From a virus (lineage: Duplodnaviria > Caudoviricetes): a stretch of 40,263 bases of DNA. The stretch covers positions 1 through 40,263 of the IMG/VR virus record IMGVR_UViG_3300017745_000022; one strand, written 5' to 3'. Shown here one piece after another: positions 1 through 8,062 of this stretch. The notes beneath the pieces were generated by a model. That model searched no databases. It was given only the letters and a program-made list of their open reading frames with translations, and was not told the origin of the DNA. Position numbers and translations under genes: made by a program. Each line of letters starts with the position of its first letter. Within the stretch, counting starts at the first letter, position 1.

Positions 1-1
1 A

Positions 2-130
2 GAAGTTGATTTGCTGCTAGGAGACCCTACTGAAGCAGAAAACGAATTGAAATGGCAAAAAAATGTTGACTTTTCAACATTAGTCAGTAGGATGGTAAAT
101 AATGACATCCAAGAAATTAACGCCTCATAA
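2..130 (+). CDS. gmd: GDP-mannose 4,6-dehydratase, C-terminal fragment (gene begins before the window)
   Basis: Frame 2 reads EVDLLLGDPTEAENELKWQKNVDFSTLVSRMVNNDIQEINAS*, matching the Gmd C-terminal pattern EVDLLLGDPxKAxxxLGW...F..LV..MV..D. Not in the ORF track. Confidence 0.8.
   Translation, partial: EVDLLLGDPTEAENELKWQKNVDFSTLVSRMVNNDIQEINAS
66..93 (+). promoter_or_regulatory. sigma70-like promoter TTGACT-16-TAGGAT
   Basis: Lies 8 nt before the ATG at 102; same 16-bp geometry as nine other sites. Confidence 0.5.
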
Positions 131-458
131 AAAAAGACAAGCTATCATAGAAAGGCTTGTTGAGATACCCAAAACTCAAAAAAGATTTTTTTGGGGTAGA
201 GAAATGAAACTTTTAAAAGATTTAGAAGCTAGATATTCTCTTGATTTCTTAGAAATTGTAACTTTTCCAAAGAAATATGACAGTCTTGCATATATAGTAT
301 CTAAGGCTTTGAAAGACACAATGGATAAAAAATGGAGAAATTTTAACTTTAAAGTTGACTTTTCAAAGTACATGGTCTATGATATGGGCGAAAAATGTGG
401 AAAAGATTACGAATCCATATATAATAAACCGAAAAATACAAAAGATTTATTTAAATGA
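102..458 (+). CDS. hypothetical protein (basic)
   Basis: 118-aa ORF, coupled to recA by an ATGA overlap. Confidence 0.7.
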   Translation: MTSKKLTPHKKRQAIIERLVEIPKTQKRFFWGREMKLLKDLEARYSLDFLEIVTFPKKYDSLAYIVSKALKDTMDKKWRNFNFKVDFSKYMVYDMGEKCGKDYESIYNKPKNTKDLFK

Positions 459-1567
459 GTGATATAGATTCAGAAATATTAGATAAGTTTCTCAAAGCCA
501 AAAAGGACGATCACTACAACTTTGAGAAAACAATTGATTATAAAGCATCAAGCGGCTCCTTACAGCTTGATTTAAACTTAAATGGTGGGTTCGGCCCAGG
601 TTTGCATAGATTCGTAGGTATGAATGAGGGTGGTAAAACAAGTGCCGCTCTTGAAGTTATGAAGAATATGCTTAATACACAAAAAGATGCAAAAGGTTTT
701 TACATCAAAGCTGAAGGTCGTTTATCTAACGAAATGGTAGCTAGATCTGGTGTTAAGTTTGTTTATGATGCAAAAGAATGGAAAACAGGTACTTGTTTCG
801 TCTTTGAAAGTAATATTTACGAGGTTGTTGTTGATGCTATCAAAACGCTAGTGGAACAAAATGAAGATGAACATAAATACTGTTTTATACTAGACTCTGT
901 AGATGGTTTGATTTCTAAGCAAGATATAGACAAATCTTTCTATGATTCTAATAAAGTTGCAGGTGGCGCTGTAATCGCAGCTAATTTTATGAAGAGAATG
1001 TCCATATCTCTTGCAAAAAGGGGCCATATGGCCATTTTTATTAGCCAGGTAAGGGCAGATATCAAACTAGACCCATACACGAAGGCTCCGATACGCCAGA
1101 CGTCAGCAACGGGAGGTAATGCTTTATTACACTTTGCTAATTATATCATAGAGTTTGAACCAAGATTTAAGTCAGACTTGATACTACAAAATCCATCAAT
1201 AAAACAACCAGACCCCAAAACTAATCCTATAATTGGGCATTGGGCCAAGGCTACAATTAAAAAATCACCTAACGAAAAGACCAACAACACAATTGCTTAT
1301 CCAATTAGATACGGCAGAACTGGAGGAAAGTCTGTTTGGGTTGAAAAAGAACTGGTTGATTTACTGTATATGTGGGAATTTGTGACCAAAAAAGGTGCTT
1401 GGATCACAATAGAAGAAGAATTTAGAGAATTGGTGCAGGAGTCCGCTCCAAACCTACCAGAAAAGATACAAGGAGAAGCTAATTTATTCAAATTAATTGA
1501 AGAAAATGAAGCTTTGTGCGCTTTCTTGATCAATTATTTCAAAACAAACATAGCCGAACTAGTGTAA
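455..1567 (+). CDS. recA: RecA/UvsX-like recombinase
   Basis: SSGSLQLDLNL, Walker A GMNEGGKT, IKAEG, Walker B LDSV, FISQVR, TGGNALLHFA. Confidence 0.9.
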   Translation: MSDIDSEILDKFLKAKKDDHYNFEKTIDYKASSGSLQLDLNLNGGFGPGLHRFVGMNEGGKTSAALEVMKNMLNTQKDAKGFYIKAEGRLSNEMVARSGVKFVYDAKEWKTGTCFVFESNIYEVVVDAIKTLVEQNEDEHKYCFILDSVDGLISKQDIDKSFYDSNKVAGGAVIAANFMKRMSISLAKRGHMAIFISQVRADIKLDPYTKAPIRQTSATGGNALLHFANYIIEFEPRFKSDLILQNPSIKQPDPKTNPIIGHWAKATIKKSPNEKTNNTIAYPIRYGRTGGKSVWVEKELVDLLYMWEFVTKKGAWITIEEEFRELVQESAPNLPEKIQGEANLFKLIEENEALCAFLINYFKTNIAELV

Positions 1568-1603
1568 AGGCTATCTAACCCTCAGTAGGGGTTGATTTAA
1601 GTT

Positions 1604-2317
1604 ATGGAAATACTAAAAAATAATAAGATTAAAGTGGGACTTGTTGTCGCAGCTATTGCAGCTTTCTTCATTTTTGGAGGCAATAAAGCAGAGGCACAGG
1701 AACTAGAACAAACGGTAAAGTCTTGGGACATTGACGTAGAAGTAGGTAACTACGAAAAACGTATCGATGGCGGACTTTACGGATCTGCGGACGTTGAGTA
1801 TGTTAAAGCGTCCTCAGAGCTAGGAGTAATTGGTGGCTTATCACTTGTTGGTTCAATCGAGCAAGTAAAAGCTGATGAAGAAGAATTATACGGTACTGTA
1901 GGTACAGTTCTTTCTACTTTTATTGGTGATGTTTCTGCCGAAGTATTACTTACTTCTATTGATGGTAACAATGCTTACGAACTAATTAGTTCTTATGGCG
2001 TCAATCTATTTGGTATTGATTCAATCGTTTCTGTGACAACAGAAGAAGGTGGTCAATATACAGCAGATATCGCAGTAGGAACAGATCTAGATCTCACTGA
2101 GCATTTCGCTATTGGTGTGGGGGTTGAGTATGGTCAATCATTTGAATATGATACAGATTATACTTATACTTTAGTCACACTTGGTGTTCAAACAACATTA
2201 GATCACCTTACAGTGTTTGCTAATTTAAATTATCTAAACAATGATTTAAGCACAGCTCAAGGCACTGATGGAGAGTGGGAATCAACCTCTGATTTTGGGG
2301 TAGCTCTCAACTTTTAA
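1604..2317 (+). CDS. outer-membrane beta-barrel (porin-like) protein
   Basis: Signal peptide ending in AEA, alternating hydrophobic beta-strands, acidic composition, C-terminal strand FGVALNF with terminal Phe. Confidence 0.75.
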   Translation: MEILKNNKIKVGLVVAAIAAFFIFGGNKAEAQELEQTVKSWDIDVEVGNYEKRIDGGLYGSADVEYVKASSELGVIGGLSLVGSIEQVKADEEELYGTVGTVLSTFIGDVSAEVLLTSIDGNNAYELISSYGVNLFGIDSIVSVTTEEGGQYTADIAVGTDLDLTEHFAIGVGVEYGQSFEYDTDYTYTLVTLGVQTTLDHLTVFANLNYLNNDLSTAQGTDGEWESTSDFGVALNF

Positions 2318-2318
2318 C

Positions 2319-2346
2319 TTGAAAATAACTGAGCCCTCTCTATAAT
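2319..2346 (+). promoter_or_regulatory. sigma70-like promoter TTGAAA-16-TATAAT overlapping a terminator
   Basis: Consensus -10 lies in the loop of the hairpin at 2332-2357. Confidence 0.6.
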
Positions 2347-2362
2347 AGGAGAGGGCTTTTTT
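2332..2362 (+). terminator. Rho-independent terminator after the beta-barrel gene
   Basis: Perfect 9-bp stem AGCCCTCTC/GAGAGGGCT followed by a T run. Confidence 0.85.
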
Positions 2363-2770
2363 ATGAATTTTATAACTTTATACGGCAAAGAAAAACCTGT
2401 TAGGAATCCACACAGGTACAAAATCAAATGGAATGGTAAATGCAGAAGTAAATTCCAACGTACAGTAAGATCTTATTTGTACAAGCATTGGCGCTATGAT
2501 GCCGTATATGAGGAGTTTAAGGTTGCGGGTACACAACTTTCCTTAGACTTTTACAATCATACTAAAAAGATAGCCATAGAGGTTCAAGGGGCGCAACATC
2601 TTAAGTTTGTCAAGCATTTTCACAAAACTAGGGCTAATTTTGTACGTCAAATACGTAGAGACAACAAAAAAATGGAATTTTGTGAACTAAATCAGATCAA
2701 ATTAATAGAAATTTACCCAGATGATGAATTATCAGAAGAATATTTTGATAAAATATTAACTGAAGTGTAA
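2363..2770 (+). CDS. Vsr/DUF559-like PD-(D/E)xK endonuclease
   Basis: YEE..LDFY...IAIEVQGAQH...RDNKKMEFC...IKLIEI pattern. Confidence 0.75.
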   Translation: MNFITLYGKEKPVRNPHRYKIKWNGKCRSKFQRTVRSYLYKHWRYDAVYEEFKVAGTQLSLDFYNHTKKIAIEVQGAQHLKFVKHFHKTRANFVRQIRRDNKKMEFCELNQIKLIEIYPDDELSEEYFDKILTEV

Positions 2771-2778
2771 ATATTAGT
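2765..2778 (+). promoter_or_regulatory. GTGTAA-N8-ATG motif (putative phage-specific promoter)
   Basis: GTGTAA ATATTAGT ATG; identical spacing at four other gene starts. Confidence 0.65.
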
Positions 2779-3030
2779 ATGGCCAAAAATCCAGAATTTA
2801 AAAAATTTGAGGTTCCAAACAAAGTATTAGATAAACTTTATGAACTTACTGGTAGTACTGGCGCCTACAAGGGCTTTGTTATAGCTTACGCTACGGATAC
2901 TGGAGACCCCGTTGTTCAAGCTAGATTTGATAATCAAATGACAGAATATGCTCTAAATAAAGCTATGGAAACATACATGTTAAACCTAGATACATCTACC
3001 GCAGAGATAGATGAAGAAGAAAATACTTGA
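2779..3030 (+). CDS. hypothetical protein with acidic tail
   Basis: 83-aa ORF preceded by the GTGTAA motif. Confidence 0.7.
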   Translation: MAKNPEFKKFEVPNKVLDKLYELTGSTGAYKGFVIAYATDTGDPVVQARFDNQMTEYALNKAMETYMLNLDTSTAEIDEEENT

Positions 3031-3054
3031 CTTTTTATTTTTTTTGCACAATAT
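3027..3054 (+). promoter_or_regulatory. sigma70-like promoter TTGACT-16-CAATAT
   Basis: Covers the intergenic gap; 9 nt before the ATG at 3064. Confidence 0.5.
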
Positions 3055-3063
3055 TAGGTGCAT

Positions 3064-4581
3064 ATGATTTATAGCTATGAAATTGAAAAGCAAGTTCTTG
3101 CTGCTTTTTTACAAAAACCAAATATATTAGTAAATTACTCAAACATTCTGAGCGAGAAGGATTTTTACGATAAAAATTCGTTACTGCACAAAACGTTATA
3201 TCTAATATTAAAGAAATCTTTTGAAAATAACGAAAGCGTTGACGATGTTGTTGTTACTCAAAGGATCAAAGACTTGGGAATTAAATTTGAGGAAGACATA
3301 AATATATTAGATTATGTTCGTTCGCTCTCCATGCGAAAAGTTAACTCTGATGGAAAAATAGAAACATCAATCAAAGAGTTAAAAAAACTAAGCGTTAGAA
3401 GAGAAATACATTCAACTGGTCAAAAAATATCTGACAAGATGAAAAACTTAAATACAGATGTGCCATATTTACAAATAATTGAAATGGCCGATCAAATGTA
3501 TAATCAAAAAATAAATTTATTCGAAGTTGGTGACGATGTTCCCAAAAACATTTATGACGAAATGGAAGAATTTATTGAAGAGCGTGGAAATAATCCTATA
3601 GAAGAATTTGGTATGTTTGGTCCACATGAAAAAGCCAACGATATTTATGGTTCGCTTTTACGACCAGGTAACATTACCGTTATTGTGGCTCGTTCTGGTG
3701 TTGGTAAAACACAATTCTGCATGGACTACGCAACTAAAGTTGCGCTAAAATATGACGTGCCAGTTTTACATTTTGATAATGGGGAAATGAGTAAAGAAGA
3801 ACTTATTGTTCGTCAGTGTGCTGCGCTTTCTGGTGTAGCTTCTCATTTACTTGAAAGCGGCAAGTGGAGACAAGCTGGTGAAGATGTTGTTAATAAAGTT
3901 CGTTCTGTATGGGCGAAAATCAAAACATTAAAATTTTATTATTATAATGTAGGTGGCATGGACGTAGACTCTATGATAAATACATTGAAAAGATTTTATT
4001 ACTCAAAAGTTGGTCGTGGCAACAGAATGATTTTTTCTTTTGACTATATTAAAACATCGTCAGACAAACAATCTGGCAATAAGTCTGAGTGGCAAATGGT
4101 TGGAGAAATGGTAGACAAATTTAAAAAATGCATACAAAAAGAAGTATTAGAAGATGGCTTACCAGTTATACCTATGATCACTTCTGTGCAATCTAATCGT
4201 AGTGGCATAACAAACAATAGAAATTCACAAAATATTATCGACGATGAATCCATTGTATCCTTGTCTGATAGAATTACTCAATTTTGTTCACATATGTTTA
4301 TATTGCGCCAAAAAACTACAGATGAAATTGCCGATGATGGTTCGTCTTTTGGAACACATAAACTTATTAACGTTAAAGCTAGGCATTTAGGTAAAGATAT
4401 TGCAGGTGCTTGTGAACCCGTTCAAGTAGGAGATAATCTTAGAAAAAACTTTATCAACCTTCACTTTAGAAACTTTAATATTACAGAGTGTGGCGACTTA
4501 AGAGACATTGTTGCTTTCAGAGATAGTGGTGGAGACTTAATTAATACACAATCCGACTTACCTTCATTTGATGACCTATAA
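3064..4581 (+). CDS. dnaB: replicative DNA helicase, DnaB family
   Basis: N-terminal EKQVLA, Walker A ARSGVGKT, FDNGEM, FDYI, VQSNRS, KARH. ATG 3064 preferred over GTG 3058. Confidence 0.9.
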   Translation: MIYSYEIEKQVLAAFLQKPNILVNYSNILSEKDFYDKNSLLHKTLYLILKKSFENNESVDDVVVTQRIKDLGIKFEEDINILDYVRSLSMRKVNSDGKIETSIKELKKLSVRREIHSTGQKISDKMKNLNTDVPYLQIIEMADQMYNQKINLFEVGDDVPKNIYDEMEEFIEERGNNPIEEFGMFGPHEKANDIYGSLLRPGNITVIVARSGVGKTQFCMDYATKVALKYDVPVLHFDNGEMSKEELIVRQCAALSGVASHLLESGKWRQAGEDVVNKVRSVWAKIKTLKFYYYNVGGMDVDSMINTLKRFYYSKVGRGNRMIFSFDYIKTSSDKQSGNKSEWQMVGEMVDKFKKCIQKEVLEDGLPVIPMITSVQSNRSGITNNRNSQNIIDDESIVSLSDRITQFCSHMFILRQKTTDEIADDGSSFGTHKLINVKARHLGKDIAGACEPVQVGDNLRKNFINLHFRNFNITECGDLRDIVAFRDSGGDLINTQSDLPSFDDL

Positions 4582-5608
4582 AGAAATACTACAAGATTTA
4601 GGCTATATGCTCCAAGACTGTGGTTCGCATTGGAGAAGTAATGCTTTGTATAGAAGTGGAAAAAACAAAACTGCTCTTATAATATATAAAGACACTGGTG
4701 TTTGGAAAGATTTTGGCGCAGACAACGAAGCCAAACCCTTTTCTATGTTACTTAAACAAACTTTAAAAACAGAAGATCCTAAAACCATACAAAAGTATAT
4801 AAACTATATACCCAAGTCATCAGAGCCAGTAAAAGAAGTAGAAGAAAAAATACAAATGGATAAAATATACCCAGAATCTTATTTAGATAAACTTTTACCA
4901 GTCAGAGATTTTTATCTCAAGAAAAATATATCTGAAAAAACTCAAAAATTATTTAGATGTGGTTACGCTGGTGGTGGTAAAATGTATAGACGCATGGTTT
5001 TCCCTATCTATGATTTAAACAATCAAATACACGGCTTTTCTGGTAGAACTGTTGTCATTGGAGACAACATACCCAAATGGAAACATATGGGTCGCAAAAC
5101 AGATTGGGTTTACCCACATCACCTTTCTCACGATAGTATAGATGAAACTCGTGAAGTTATTTTAGTAGAGAGTATTGGTGACTGCATGGCTTTATATGAA
5201 GCTGGATTCAAAAATATTTTGATGCTTGCTGGTTTAGACATTTCGTCTAAAGTCATGTCCTACTTAAACAGTTTTGACTTAGATAGGATAATAGTGGCAA
5301 TGAATAACGACAAAGATAAAGAAACTAATTCTGGTGGTATAGCTACAATTAAAACCGTTGCTAAATTATCGCAAATATACGACCTTGATAGAATATGTGT
5401 TAACCCACCACTCGCAAATGATTTTGGCGATATGCTTGAATCTGAACCGTTTAATCTTAATATGTTTGCACAGTGGTACTCAAGAAAATGTAAATGGAAT
5501 TTAGCAGATCAAAAAACACAAGACTGGATTATAGAACAAATTAAATCAACAGACGCACTACGAAAAAACGGTAATTGTAAAAAATTAATTAAAATTTTAG
5601 ATTCATGA
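4571..5608 (+). CDS. DnaG-like DNA primase
   Basis: RMVFPI...GFSGR...PKW, TOPRIM VESIGD and NND, DFGD; overlaps dnaB. Confidence 0.85.
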   Translation: MTYKEILQDLGYMLQDCGSHWRSNALYRSGKNKTALIIYKDTGVWKDFGADNEAKPFSMLLKQTLKTEDPKTIQKYINYIPKSSEPVKEVEEKIQMDKIYPESYLDKLLPVRDFYLKKNISEKTQKLFRCGYAGGGKMYRRMVFPIYDLNNQIHGFSGRTVVIGDNIPKWKHMGRKTDWVYPHHLSHDSIDETREVILVESIGDCMALYEAGFKNILMLAGLDISSKVMSYLNSFDLDRIIVAMNNDKDKETNSGGIATIKTVAKLSQIYDLDRICVNPPLANDFGDMLESEPFNLNMFAQWYSRKCKWNLADQKTQDWIIEQIKSTDALRKNGNCKKLIKILDS

Positions 5609-5772
5609 AAAAGGTAGTAATATGGAGAGTTCTCTCAATAGTTCTTTGTACCCTAATGGCAAGGGTATGGTTTGGAGATTGGCATGTTACCCTTTTCGGT
5701 ATTTTTATTTCGTTTGTTATGACTGTAGTTCATTACTATTTCGAAAAAATTTGGGACACTTATGGAAGTTAA
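5605..5772 (+). CDS. small membrane protein, DUF2061-like
   Basis: MKKVVIWRVLSIVLCTLMARVWFGDWHVTLFGIFISFVMTVVHYYFEKIWDTYGS*; ATGA overlap with primase; WR...YY.E.IW pattern. Not in the ORF track. Confidence 0.7.
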   Translation: MKKVVIWRVLSIVLCTLMARVWFGDWHVTLFGIFISFVMTVVHYYFEKIWDTYGS

Positions 5773-6757
5773 ATTATCAGCAAGCCGTATAAAAACTGCG
5801 CAATCTTGTGGTTGGTTATATTGGTCTAAATATAAATTAAAATTACCAGAACACGGTAATGATGGCGCTAGACGAGGCACTGTTTGTCATAATGTTTTTG
5901 AGCATCTATCAAAACAAAAAACTAAAACAGAATTTAACAAAATAGTTAAAGCTAAAGACCCTTTCGCAGCTAAAGCAGTAAAAGATTTAATTATGTCTGA
6001 CGCCACAGAGCTTGGTGTTACAGATGAAGATAATATGACTCTGATTAAACAAATGATTCTCAATGGTTTGAGTTGTAATTTTCATGGAGAAGAATTAGGT
6101 ATACCAGACGAAGCTCACGCAGAGTTAGATTTTGACATAGAAAAAAATGGTTATCATATAAGAGGTTTTATAGACCAGTTGTTTTTATACAAAGACAAAA
6201 AGATCGCTATAATCAGAGACTATAAGACAAGTAAAAAAATGTTTGAAGGTAAAGAAAAAGACGACAACCTTCAAGACTATATGTATTGTTTAGCTGTTAA
6301 ACATTTATTTCCAGAGTATGTAAATAGAAATGCAGAGTTCTTGTTTTTAAAGTTCGATCTCAAGAAAAAAGGTTTACTAAAAATGAAACCTCTAGACGAA
6401 GATGATCTAGAAGGTTTTGAAATGCAACTAGCAAACATACAAGAATATTTAGAAAATTTTACAGAGTCTACAGCAAAAAGTAATTTTGCGTACGATAAGG
6501 GTTTTCCAGATGATAATACTTTTAGTGGTAGGTTACAATGTGGATTTGCAGAAAAAAAAGGTCAGTTAAAGAAAGATGGTTCTCTTATGTGGCACTGCCC
6601 TTTTAAATTTGATTTCTTTTATGTAGAAATACTAAATGAAGAGGGAGAACATATCCTTTCTTGCTTCCAAGAAGATTTTGAAAAAAGTATGGTTCCAGAA
6701 GGTGGCTCTCATTCAATAAAATATTACAAAGGTTGCCCAAAACACTTGACAAATTAA
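5762..6757 (+). CDS. RecB/Cas4-like PD-(D/E)xK exonuclease
   Basis: LSASRI...C, GTVCH, RGFID...DYKTSK, QDYMY, C-terminal cysteines. Confidence 0.85.
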   Translation: MEVKLSASRIKTAQSCGWLYWSKYKLKLPEHGNDGARRGTVCHNVFEHLSKQKTKTEFNKIVKAKDPFAAKAVKDLIMSDATELGVTDEDNMTLIKQMILNGLSCNFHGEELGIPDEAHAELDFDIEKNGYHIRGFIDQLFLYKDKKIAIIRDYKTSKKMFEGKEKDDNLQDYMYCLAVKHLFPEYVNRNAEFLFLKFDLKKKGLLKMKPLDEDDLEGFEMQLANIQEYLENFTESTAKSNFAYDKGFPDDNTFSGRLQCGFAEKKGQLKKDGSLMWHCPFKFDFFYVEILNEEGEHILSCFQEDFEKSMVPEGGSHSIKYYKGCPKHLTN

Positions 6758-6773
6758 TATTACCATCTATATT
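6746..6773 (+). promoter_or_regulatory. sigma70-like promoter TTGACA-16-TATATT (probably leaderless mRNA)
   Basis: Only 6 nt separate the -10 from the ATG at 6780. Confidence 0.65.
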
Positions 6774-6779
6774 GGTAGT

Positions 6780-7475
6780 ATGATTCCATTCTTTAAAACA
6801 CATTCATCTATAGGTAAAAGCATTTTGCGAATAGATGATGTACACGAGTTAACAAAAGACTTCGAAGAGGTTCACTTTGTTGAAGATAGTATGACAGGTT
6901 TTCCAGAAGCCTTTAGAAAGTTTGAAGATAGGTTACGTTTTGGTTTGCGTTTCTCAATGTACAATGACGATCATAGTGAAGAATCTGAAAGTAAAATGAT
7001 TGCTTTCGCAAATGGTGATTCTGGCGCAAAAGAATTATATAATCTTTATACACAACAATCAGACATAAAAATCACAAGACCTTGGGATCATACAAAAGAT
7101 TTGCAGTATGTCGTACCCTTTTACGATTCATTCTTACACAAGAACCTAACAACCTTTTCCAATTGTGTTGTTGATTTACCTCGTGATATACCTTTTATAA
7201 TAGAAGATAACAATCTTCCCTTTGATTGTTTGATTGAAGATAAAATATTAAATTATTGCAAGAATCATTTAAACGAACACTTTAATGCAAAGTCAATATA
7301 TTATAAAGATAAAGAAGATGTTTTGGCTTTCCAAACTTATAAATTAATTTGTAACCGCAGGATAGGTAGAACTTATGATCTATCGAACCCTGGACTAGAT
7401 CACTTTGGTAGTGACGAATTTTGCTTTGAATCATGGAAGAATTACTCAGATACAACTTTAAACAGCGCTACGTAG
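6780..7475 (+). CDS. stand-alone degenerate PHP domain of DNA polymerase III alpha
   Basis: KTHSSIGKSILRI, EDSMTGF, FGLRF, A..DSG.KEL, YYKDKED follow the DnaE PHP layout; lies upstream of a DnaE that lacks PHP. Confidence 0.7.
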   Translation: MIPFFKTHSSIGKSILRIDDVHELTKDFEEVHFVEDSMTGFPEAFRKFEDRLRFGLRFSMYNDDHSEESESKMIAFANGDSGAKELYNLYTQQSDIKITRPWDHTKDLQYVVPFYDSFLHKNLTTFSNCVVDLPRDIPFIIEDNNLPFDCLIEDKILNYCKNHLNEHFNAKSIYYKDKEDVLAFQTYKLICNRRIGRTYDLSNPGLDHFGSDEFCFESWKNYSDTTLNSAT

Positions 7476-8062
7476 TTTTTGATACCGAGACAGAGGGATT
7501 AAATTTAATTACCTCTAAACCTTGGCAGATAGCTTGGATCGAATGTGAAGGTAAAAAAGTTATCAAAAAACATAATCGCTTTATCAAATGGGATGACTTA
7601 AATGTCTCTCCAGATGCCGCACGAGTTACTGGATTTGATAGAAATTATTACGAATCTGTTGCGGAAGATCCAATGGTTGTTTGGAAAGACTTTGAAAAAG
7701 CCTTGTATGGCAATAACATTGTTCTTGGTCACAATATTCTTGGTTACGATATTTATATATTAGGTGTTTGGCTTAGAAATATGGGCGTGAGAATTAGTTA
7801 CGAAAATTTTATTGGCGAACTTTTAGATACAAATATTTTAGCAAAAGCTATAGCAAAAGGTGATAAGAATCCAGGTAGTGAATTACTTGCTTGGCAAATG
7901 AGATACCTACACTTTAGAGAACGTGGTTTAAAAACAAACCAGAAACATCTATTACAGCATTATAATATTGACTTTGATGAAACAAAGCTACATGATGCTT
8001 TGTACGATATAGAGATGAACTTTGAGATATTTCAAAAACAATTATGGGAATTAGAAATTTAG
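7433..8062 (+). CDS. DEDDh 3'-5' exonuclease (Pol III epsilon-like)
   Basis: ExoI FDTETEGL, ExoII GHNILGYD, ExoIII HDALYD. Confidence 0.9.
   Translation: MEELLRYNFKQRYVVFDTETEGLNLITSKPWQIAWIECEGKKVIKKHNRFIKWDDLNVSPDAARVTGFDRNYYESVAEDPMVVWKDFEKALYGNNIVLGHNILGYDIYILGVWLRNMGVRISYENFIGELLDTNILAKAIAKGDKNPGSELLAWQMRYLHFRERGLKTNQKHLLQHYNIDFDETKLHDALYDIEMNFEIFQKQLWELEI

Noticed and set aside
63-366. GTTGACTTTTCAA present twice (65 and 354), the first inside a short inverted repeat
   Set aside because: Only two copies, both encoding VDFS in coding frames; explicable as -35 boxes or chance.
355-383. TTGACT-17-TATGAT upstream of recA
   Set aside because: Plausible promoter, but intragenic and does not fit the 16-bp class; kept as a counter-example rather than a feature.
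5653-5880. Minus-strand 75-aa ORF
   Set aside because: The plus-strand ORF 5605-5772 fits operon orientation and overlaps better.
5762-6757. Cas4-like nuclease as a sign of CRISPR
   Set aside because: No repeat-spacer array or other cas genes; such nucleases are common in phage replication modules.
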